Below are positions 8,800-15,034 of a DNA stretch of 15,034 nt, piece by piece (the stretch's first letter is position 1; every line of letters starts with the position of its first letter). The DNA is from Thermoplasmata archaeon (GTDB lineage: Archaea > Thermoplasmatota > Thermoplasmata > RBG-16-68-12 > JAFNFQ01). A model generated the notes under the pieces. The model was not told the origin of the DNA. It was given only the letters and a program-made list of their open reading frames with translations, and searched no databases. Location: positions 1-15,034 of the forward strand of contig JBGPQV010000035.1 of NCBI GenBank assembly GCA_041489255.1, given 5' to 3'. The position numbers and the translations under genes are program-made.

Positions 8800-9561
8800 T
8801 CACTTTCCCTGTTCCGGCGGGACGATTACCCTCTTCCAGAACCACCTTGAGCTCATGAAGACGATGAGGTATCCGAGGGACACAATGACGACGAAGATTA
8901 CCGGGAGAAGCGTCTGCCCGACCGAAGCGGCATCGGCAAGATCCTGGCGCCCGGTGTCGGTTGCCAATGCCGAGAGCGCCCCCGCCGCGAGCCATGAGCA
9001 GATCGTGATTCCAGCCGCCACGCTGACCGGCAATACCCACATCGCTTGCTTGTGGAACCTCCGTTGGAGAAAGTTGACATAGCCGAAGAGCAGCAGGAGC
9101 CCGAAGAACAGTAGCACATAGCCCCCGAGGTAGTTGCCGAGGTTCGGATAGGCGCGATCACCGCCGGGTGTTCTTGCCGCCTGTATGCCGAGGATGATCA
9201 GGATCAGGAAGCCCCATCCGATCAGCGCCCCGATAAATGGGCCAAGATAGTGGAACCTCCTTTCGTACCTGGTCTCCCAGCGCCTCCCCGCGCCCTCGAA
9301 CTGCCTGCCAAATCTCTCTCCCGCCTTGGCCATCTCTTTACCAAAGCGCTCGCCGGCGGCTGCCATCTCCCTGCCGAAGCGTTCACCGATATCCTCCGGT
9401 GGCGGTGCTGGCGGCTCTGGCGGCGTTGGAGCAGTCGACTGCGCTTGCTCTGGCTTTCGCCCGAGGACGATAGGCGAACCGCACTTATCGCAGAACTTCG
9501 CATCGTCGGTGTTCTGACGGCCACACTGACTGCAACGGAGCATGGTATCAGTTGCCTTCAA
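8800..9561 (-). CDS. Zinc-ribbon membrane protein with Pro-rich linker, 11-aa repeats and about 4 TM helices
   Basis: CSQC-x10-CDKC at the N-terminus, TPPEPPAPPPE linker, GERFG 11-mers, four hydrophobic segments. Start may instead be ATG 9543. Confidence 0.8.
   Translation of the reverse strand: MKATDTMLRCSQCGRQNTDDAKFCDKCGSPIVLGRKPEQAQSTAPTPPEPPAPPPEDIGERFGREMAAAGERFGKEMAKAGERFGRQFEGAGRRWETRYERRFHYLGPFIGALIGWGFLILIILGIQAARTPGGDRAYPNLGNYLGGYVLLFFGLLLLFGYVNFLQRRFHKQAMWVLPVSVAAGITICSWLAAGALSALATDTGRQDLADAASVGQTLLPVIFVVIVSLGYLIVFMSSRWFWKRVIVPPEQGK
9271..9390 (-). repeat. Intragenic 33-bp / 11-aa tandem repeat (about 3.5 copies)
   Basis: GERFGREMAAA / GERFGKEMAKA / GERFGRQFEGA / GRRWE. Confidence 0.8.
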
Positions 9562-9658
9562 GATCCCGAGCGGTCTAGGTGTATTACTGCTTTACCGTGG
9601 CCGTTGAGCCCCAATATGGAAAGGAAGCATTATCAGGTTGCTCGTGTATTTTGAGGAT

Positions 9659-9796
9659 GTGCAGAAGAGAGCAAATGCATCGAAAGAAGAGCTAGGTGAA
9701 ACCACCAAACGTCAACTAGCCAAAGCCGTCCGGCAGATTGAGTCAGGCAACTTCATGACGCATGAGCAGGTCGGCAAGAAGCTGGGTCTGCAGTGA
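9659..9796 (+). CDS. Small antitoxin-like ORF or remnant (45 aa; below the ORF-track cut-off)
   Basis: Manual translation from GTG 9659 (alternatives TTG 9638, GTG 9644): MQKRANASKEELGETTKRQLAKAVRQIESGNFMTHEQVGKKLGLQ. This resembles the C-terminal pattern of archaeal RelB-type antitoxins. Confidence 0.55.
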   Translation: MQKRANASKEELGETTKRQLAKAVRQIESGNFMTHEQVGKKLGLQ

Positions 9797-9805
9797 ACCA
9801 AGGCA

Positions 9806-10222
9806 TCATTTTCGCAGCACGTACACCACTTTGAGCTCCTCGACGTCTTCCATAATCTGAGGGACCGCTCTGAGCTCCATTCCTATCTTCAGTTCTTCCG
9901 GTTTGATGCCCTCGACCCATGCGAGAAGCCTCCCGCCCTCTTGTAGATCGACCACGCCGATGGTGTACGGCGCGATGTCGTCGAAGCCCGTCGGAGCGGC
10001 GTGGATCGTCGTGAAGGTGACCAGCTTCCCCTTCCCGCTGTAGCTCCGCCACTCCATATCGTCCGACATGCACTTCGTGCAGTCGGCCCTTGGCGGGAAG
10101 TAGATCTCCCCACACTTCTTGCACTTGGTCCCCATGAGCTTATTGTTTCTCAGCTCGTCGGCGAAGCGCTCGACCTTGGTGTATGGGGTGAAATTGACTT
10201 TCCCGAAAATCTTGAAGGCCAT
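9806..10222 (-). CDS. DUF35-family Zn-ribbon/OB-fold protein
   Basis: CKKCG-x4-PPRADCTKC, GKLVTFT, PYTIGVVDLQEG, ELKIGMEL; 4 bp downstream of the thiolase with SD GGAGGTAAGGAG. Confidence 0.94.
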   Translation of the reverse strand: MAFKIFGKVNFTPYTKVERFADELRNNKLMGTKCKKCGEIYFPPRADCTKCMSDDMEWRSYSGKGKLVTFTTIHAAPTGFDDIAPYTIGVVDLQEGGRLLAWVEGIKPEELKIGMELRAVPQIMEDVEELKVVYVLRK

Positions 10223-10226
10223 CTCC

Positions 10227-11375
10227 TTACCTCCTGAACACGTGGACGAAGCAGTACTGGCCTATGCCGCCGACGTTGTGAGTGAGCCCGACCTCGGCGC
10301 CGCTTATCTGCCTCTTCCCCGCCTCTCCCCTGAGCTGCTTTACCATTTCGACCGCCATCGAGGTTCCCGTCGCGCCAACGGGATGCCCCTTCGACTTCAG
10401 GCCGCCATCGACGTTGATGGGGATCTTGCCGCCAATCTTCGACTGTCCCTCCTCGATGAACTTGCCGCCTTTGCCCTTCTCGCAGAAGCCGAGGTCCTCG
10501 TAAGCCATGATCTCAGCGATTGTGAAACAATCGTGGACATCAGCCACATCCACATCGTTCGGACCGATCCCCGCCATTTTGTATGCTTGGCGGGAAGCCT
10601 CTACCGCGCTCGGCAGGCTCGTGAGAGTCTCCCGCCGCAAGATCGACATCGTTGCGGAAGCGGTCGCTGACGCGGCGATCCAGACAGGCGTGTCGGAGAT
10701 CTTCTTCGCCTTCTCCTCGTTCGCGAGTATGAGGCATGCCGCGCCGTCCGCGTTCGCACAGCAGTCGAAGAGCCTCAGCGGATAGGCCACCATTTCGGAC
10801 TTCATTGCCTTGTCGAGCGTGATCGCCTTCTGGAAAAGCGCCTTTGGGTTCATCGCCCCGTATTCGTGATTCTTCACCGCCACCATGGCCAGGTGCTCGG
10901 GCTTCGTGCCATACTCGTACATGTGACGGTTCGCATACATCGCGTAGTAACCTGGGAATGTCGTGCCGAAGATCGACTCCCACTGCACGTCCCCGACTCG
11001 CCCCATGAGGGCGAGAATCTCCGGAGTGGAAAGCTCCAGCATCTTCTGCACCCCGAGCACCGCAACGACGTCGTGGACGCCACCCTTGATGAGCCCGTAG
11101 GCGGTCCTGATTGCAGCGCTCCCGGACGCACAGGCCGCCTCGGTCAGCCATGTGGGCTGCGGGTTCATCCCGAGGTACTCGGCGATCACACCGGATATGG
11201 ACCTCTGCTTATGATATTCAGGTGATGACCCGATCACGGTCGCGTCGATATCCTTCTTCTCGAGTTCGCAGTCCTCCAGCGCCTCCTTGAACGGCTCGAA
11301 CGCGAGTTCCTGGACTGTGCAATCGTCCCGCCGCCCGAATCTCCCGTGGCCGATCCCGACGATTCCTACCTTCAT
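10227..11375 (-). CDS. Archaeal/SCP2-type thiolase (acetyl-CoA C-acyltransferase)
   Basis: EAACASG (nucleophile Cys), DVHDCF, GHPVGATG and HNVGG motifs. Confidence 0.95.
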   Translation of the reverse strand: MKVGIVGIGHGRFGRRDDCTVQELAFEPFKEALEDCELEKKDIDATVIGSSPEYHKQRSISGVIAEYLGMNPQPTWLTEAACASGSAAIRTAYGLIKGGVHDVVAVLGVQKMLELSTPEILALMGRVGDVQWESIFGTTFPGYYAMYANRHMYEYGTKPEHLAMVAVKNHEYGAMNPKALFQKAITLDKAMKSEMVAYPLRLFDCCANADGAACLILANEEKAKKISDTPVWIAASATASATMSILRRETLTSLPSAVEASRQAYKMAGIGPNDVDVADVHDCFTIAEIMAYEDLGFCEKGKGGKFIEEGQSKIGGKIPINVDGGLKSKGHPVGATGTSMAVEMVKQLRGEAGKRQISGAEVGLTHNVGGIGQYCFVHVFRR

Positions 11376-11385
11376 GCTCCCGCCC

Positions 11386-12129
11386 TCACATGTACTGCCC
11401 GCCGGAGACGTTGATCACTTCACCGGTGATGTGCCTCGACTTGTCGCTCGCGAGGAAGATCACGACATTCGCGATGTCCTCCACCTTCGCTATCCTCCCG
11501 AGCACGGTCTCGTCGACAGCCTTCTGCAGCCACTCCCTCGGCAGGTCAGCCGCCATCTCGGTTTCCGTCATCCCAGGCGCGACCGCGTTGACGTTCACGT
11601 TGAACTTCCCCAGCTCCCGCGCGACGGCCTTGGTCAACGCGATGATCCCGCCCTTCGAGGCAGAGTAGTTGGACTGCCCGAACTTTCCCCTGAGGCCGTT
11701 GATCGAGGTGACGTTGACAATCTTCCCGTACCTCTGGTTCTTGAAGAGCTCGGCGCACGGGTGGATGTAGTTGAAGTAGCCCTTGAGGTTCGTCGTGATG
11801 ACCTCGTCCCACATCTGTTCGGTCATCTTCCAGACGACGCTGTCGCGGGTTATCCCCGCGTTGTTGACGAGGATGTCGAGCCGGCCGAATTCCTTGACGG
11901 TGTTGTGGACCATCGCCTCGGCCTCATTGAAGCTCGCGACGTCGGCCTTGATGGCGAGGCCCTTGCGGCCGAGCGAATCGATCTTCTTGACGACCTCCTT
12001 CGCCTCCGTGTCGTGCTTGCGGTAGTTTATCGCGACATTAGCGCCCTCCTTCGCGAGGGCGATTGCGATTGCGGCCCCGATCCCGATGCTCCCGCCAGTC
12101 ACGATGGCGTTCCTATTCTCGAGTTCCAT
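11386..12129 (-). CDS. fabG: 3-oxoacyl-(ACP/CoA) reductase, FabG/PhaB-like SDR
   Basis: TGGSIGIG, NNAGITRD, catalytic Ser plus YSASK, VNAVAPG; NYRK after beta-2 suggests NADP(H) preference. Confidence 0.9.
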   Translation of the reverse strand: MELENRNAIVTGGSIGIGAAIAIALAKEGANVAINYRKHDTEAKEVVKKIDSLGRKGLAIKADVASFNEAEAMVHNTVKEFGRLDILVNNAGITRDSVVWKMTEQMWDEVITTNLKGYFNYIHPCAELFKNQRYGKIVNVTSINGLRGKFGQSNYSASKGGIIALTKAVARELGKFNVNVNAVAPGMTETEMAADLPREWLQKAVDETVLGRIAKVEDIANVVIFLASDKSRHITGEVINVSGGQYM

Positions 12130-12171
12130 GAGAGACCTTCTGTCCGGTCCATTTCTGCACGCGAAGTCACC

Positions 12172-12199
12172 GACCCTCTCATCCGTATAATAACCTTTC
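12172..12199 (-). promoter_or_regulatory. Promoter of the reductase-thiolase-DUF35 operon (BRE GAAAGG + TTATTATA); copy 1 of a shared ~25-bp motif
   Basis: Minus strand GAAAGGTTATTATACGGATGAGAGGGTC; a close copy lies at 13920-13945. Confidence 0.65.
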
Positions 12200-12374
12200 T
12201 CGGCGGCCAGAATCCTGCGTTATCCTGAATCCAGTTCTCGCTGATTCCGGCCCGGATTTGGGAAACTGATTGGGCATGCGACCTCTACTCCGCCAAAGCA
12301 GCGGAACTCAGCCCCCAAAATGTTCAGGCAACCTTCGAAAGCGGCTCCTAAACCGACCGGCGCGTGCGCATATC

Positions 12375-12812
12375 GTCGCAATTGCCCTATCTCTGGGACA
12401 ATTGGGATGGAGGTCGGGACAATCGGGATACAGTGTCGGACAATCGGAATTGAACTCGGGACAAGAGTCGTGGATGCCAAAACAGCTTCACGGGGCTTCG
12501 GACAATCGGGATGGACTCTCGGACAATCTGACGAACGTTCAGGGCAATTGGGAGAGGTTCCGGGGCAACTGTCCCGGCTCCAGGGCAAGTTGGGACGGAC
12601 ATTCGGGCAATTGCCCCAAGGTTTCGGACAATAGGGATGTTCTTCGGGACGAATATTCTGCATATACGGACGCCATGACGGATGGCGGGACAACTGGGAC
12701 GGACTCTCGGACAATCTTCCTAGGTTCCGGGACAATGGGGACAGGCCTCGGGAGAATTGGGCGGGGTTCTCGGACAACTGTCCCTGATTCCGGGGCAATC
12801 GCCCCAAAAGCC
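12375..12812. repeat. Degenerate tandem array of about 20 21-bp units, consensus roughly GGRCAAYYGGGA-N(5-6)-YTCS
   Basis: Exact GGRCAA cores at 12396, 12417, 12438, 12459, 12500, 12521, 12542, 12563, 12583, 12605, 12626, 12688, 12709, 12730, 12772, 12793; in-register variants at 12480, 12647, 12668, 12751. Confidence 0.9.
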
Positions 12813-12977
12813 ATTCCGATTGGGATGCAAGGAGTTCTGTATGGAGTAAACACCGCGCGAACGAAGAAGCAGCTGCTGCGGGATAGTATCATTGGGCTTA
12901 TCGATTCATGGTTCTGAAGACATCTTTGGATGGGGATGGTGGCTAGAATCCAGCCGACCATCTCACAGGTCTACTCA

Positions 12978-13877
12978 TCACTTGAGAATCCCGTACATCT
13001 GATTGGGTCCGAGCGTCTTCGGAAAACGTTCGCGAAGTATGCCCCGCGCTTCGTAGCAGAGGTGACACGCATCTGCATATCCTGCCTCGTGACGCAGCTC
13101 GTAGCGGCGGACAAGCTCTGCCGGCCCGCCATCCAGCAGGGGACCGATGATCGGGTGCGAGTCCGGGTCGTATACTTCGCAAAGTCTGCTCAAAGGTTTG
13201 CGAAAGACATTGCCTGCCATGATCCCCTGGCAGACGTGCACGTTCCCGAGCGGATCCAGATGAACGCGGTCGGGCTCCCGGAGCTTCTCATGGGAGCATT
13301 CCGTGAACGATTTCCAGGGTTTCTTGGCCGCTCGTCCAGCGAGCTTCTCCACCGCCCTTCCTCGGAACATGACCGTGGACTCCCCGTGGGGCAACTGTCC
13401 GACGACGCTGGCGGCTTTCATCGCCTCCGGCTGGGCCACCTGAAGCAGCCCGACGTTTATCCCCAGCTTCCTCGCAGCCGCCCTCGCGTTCCTCGCCTTG
13501 TCGCTGACCATCTTGTCGTAGTGGTACAGGTCGCTGCTGAACGAGACGCCGTCGACGAGACCCGCGAGGGGCCTCAGCCATTCCATCGCGTCCTCCACGG
13601 TGTTCGCCCAGTAGCTGTTCGAGAGGACGCCCACGCTGAAGCCCATCTTCTTCGCCATCTGGGCTCCCTTGACCATGACGGGATGATAGAGGAACGGTTC
13701 CCCGCCCTCGAAGAAAATCGACTTCACGGTGCCCAGATCCTTCCCCTGCCGCAGGATCTCCTGCAAGTTCTTGATCGTCATCGTGCCGGTCTGCTTGGGG
13801 CTCCCCCAGACGAAGCAGTGATCGCAGTCGAAGTTGCACTCGTAGGTCAGGAGCAGGTGCAGGCTGAAGAGTCTCAT
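12978..13877 (-). CDS. Radical SAM protein with Cys-containing (SPASM/twitch-like) C-terminal region
   Basis: CNFDCDHC (CxxxCxxC), GGEP; C-terminal ECSH...LDPLGNVHVC...ACHLC; SD GGAGG at 13888-13884. Confidence 0.92.
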   Translation of the reverse strand: MRLFSLHLLLTYECNFDCDHCFVWGSPKQTGTMTIKNLQEILRQGKDLGTVKSIFFEGGEPFLYHPVMVKGAQMAKKMGFSVGVLSNSYWANTVEDAMEWLRPLAGLVDGVSFSSDLYHYDKMVSDKARNARAAARKLGINVGLLQVAQPEAMKAASVVGQLPHGESTVMFRGRAVEKLAGRAAKKPWKSFTECSHEKLREPDRVHLDPLGNVHVCQGIMAGNVFRKPLSRLCEVYDPDSHPIIGPLLDGGPAELVRRYELRHEAGYADACHLCYEARGILRERFPKTLGPNQMYGILK

Positions 13878-13919
13878 TCGAAGCCTCCGAGAATGAACGT
13901 CACTGGGTTCAGAATCGAT

Positions 13920-13945
13920 GACCCTCGAATCCGTATATTAGACCT
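13920..13945 (-). promoter_or_regulatory. Promoter region of the radical SAM gene; copy 2 of the shared ~25-bp motif
   Basis: Minus strand AGGTCTAATATACGGATTCGAGGGTC, at the same offset from the ATG as copy 1. Confidence 0.6.
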
Positions 13946-14010
13946 CCTTCGGAATCGTGGCTTGATGGGTTCTGTAGCGGGTAAGAGCATGAAAAGAGAG
14001 CTAAACTCGT

Positions 14011-15034
14011 TTACCCTTGTCTGGTGACCCTGATGGCCCTAAGTATCGCGACAGAGAATCCAACCAGGAGTATCGAAACGTCCGCAGCAGTGCCGACCCC
14101 CAGGAGCGGCGGTATCGACAGCTGTCCGGTCATCAAGGACACCACGCCTGTCGCAGCCTCTGCCAGGACGAAGGGCGCCGAAAAGGCGGTGAACGCCTTC
14201 GCCACCGCCATCCCGTCCTTCCCGCCTTTCCACGGCCTCCTTCTCGACGACCAGACTCCCGCCACGAGCAGGACGATTGCGAACACCAACGCCACGGTCG
14301 GCTTGTAGTTCACCGCCACCTCGAACGGTCCCCTGACCGTGACAAGAATGTGATTCTCCGCCTCCGCGTTGCCAAGGTGGTCCACCGAGTAGTAGTAGAT
14401 ATCGTGCACGCCTTGTGCGAGCGCGAACCCGCCATCGTACTGAATTGGATTCCCGCCATCCACGCGATAGATCGTGATGTTGACGCCGCATCCCGCGTCC
14501 GTGGCGGTGAGGGTAAACAACGTGCCCGACTCGACCTCGTCCTCGGCGGGGAGGATGACCGTGGCGGGGGGAGCGTCGTCGACGGTGAGGTTCGTGGCGA
14601 TAATCCCCTCCACGCTCCCCGCGCGGTCGATCGAATACCACTCCATCTCGTGCTGTCCCGCTTCCGCCAGGAAGAACTGCCCAGTGGCGGTGTAGTTCCT
14701 CCAGTCCCCGCCATCGATCCTGTGTGTGGTGTTGAGGATCCCCTGCCCGCTCTGGTCCACGACAGAGAAGTCGAGAGGGGTGGAGGACTTGACATAAGTC
14801 ACGGTGGCGGTGTAGTTCGGGCTACCGATGTCGAGAGAAGTGATCGGCCCCGCCACGACTTCGATGGTCCATGTATAGAGGTTGTTCGTCTCGTCCCACT
14901 CCGTGATGTCGTCATCATGATCGACGTCAGCGATCACGCGATATGTCCCGGGAATGGCGGGAGAGACCCACGTGGCGGTGAACCTTGAGGAGTCTGCGGT
15001 TGGAGCAAGAGGAGAGACGGTGAACGTCGCGAAT
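14011..15034 (-). CDS. 3' part of a large cell-surface protein: CARDB-like domain, two Ig-like/OmpL47-type beta modules, C-terminal multi-TM anchor
   Basis: Frame is open to the window edge (FATFTVSPLAP...GTYRVIADVDHDDDITEWDETNN, a CARDB-type ExxExNN end). Repeated modules RIDGG...WYSIDRAGSVE and RVDGG...YYSVDHLGNAE; three hydrophobic segments after NYKP. Confidence 0.85.
   Translation of the reverse strand, partial: FATFTVSPLAPTADSSRFTATWVSPAIPGTYRVIADVDHDDDITEWDETNNLYTWTIEVVAGPITSLDIGSPNYTATVTYVKSSTPLDFSVVDQSGQGILNTTHRIDGGDWRNYTATGQFFLAEAGQHEMEWYSIDRAGSVEGIIATNLTVDDAPPATVILPAEDEVESGTLFTLTATDAGCGVNITIYRVDGGNPIQYDGGFALAQGVHDIYYYSVDHLGNAEAENHILVTVRGPFEVAVNYKPTVALVFAIVLLVAGVWSSRRRPWKGGKDGMAVAKAFTAFSAPFVLAEAATGVVSLMTGQLSIPPLLGVGTAADVSILLVGFSVAILRAIRVTRQG

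Noticed and set aside
1172-10503. ~90-bp inverted similarity between about 1172-1260 and about 10410-10503 as mobile-element ends
   Set aside because: It is the conserved YEDLGxCEKGKGGxFIExGQS...GGKIPIN segment of the two oppositely oriented thiolase paralogs.
12375-12812. CRISPR array
   Set aside because: The period is 21 bp with a degenerate ~12-nt core and ~9-nt variable part; there are no near-identical 24-47-bp repeats, no spacer-length inserts and no cas genes in the window.
12220-12961. ORFs 12220-12807, 12270-12917, 12320-12634, 12387-12602 and 12539-12961 as real genes
   Set aside because: They overlap on both strands, each switches repeat frame part-way, and none has a clear SD. 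They are best explained by the stop-poor repeat, so none is listed as a CDS.
11287-14988. Long antisense ORFs (11287-12228, 12930-14027, 14017-14988; likewise 2981-3718, 3866-4696, 4563-5336)
   Set aside because: These are shadow ORFs opposite well-supported genes, expected in GC-rich DNA, with no recognisable motifs.

Overview
GC-rich, very probably archaeal window (TATA/BRE-like promoters, GGAGG SD sites, thiolase-DUF35 pairs, HAD-crotonase fusion order and a CARDB surface protein suggest Thermoplasmata; this is inference). It is an acyl-CoA metabolism neighbourhood. The left side has a thiolase + DUF35 pair, an inverted vapBC module, a 3-hydroxyacyl-CoA dehydrogenase/crotonase fusion and an Oah/BamA-like hydrolase with a C-terminal zinc ribbon. 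The middle has a NatAB-like ABC exporter, an Eis-like GNAT, a zinc-ribbon membrane protein and a small uncalled antitoxin-like ORF. The right side has a ketoacyl reductase-thiolase-DUF35 operon, a radical SAM gene and the 3' end of a surface-protein gene. Two signals are unexplained: (i) an intergenic array of about 20 degenerate 21-bp units (core GGRCAA) at 12375-12812, and (ii) a ~25-bp promoter-region sequence found at the same distance upstream of both the reductase and the radical SAM gene, so that the two copies bracket the array and the radical SAM gene.
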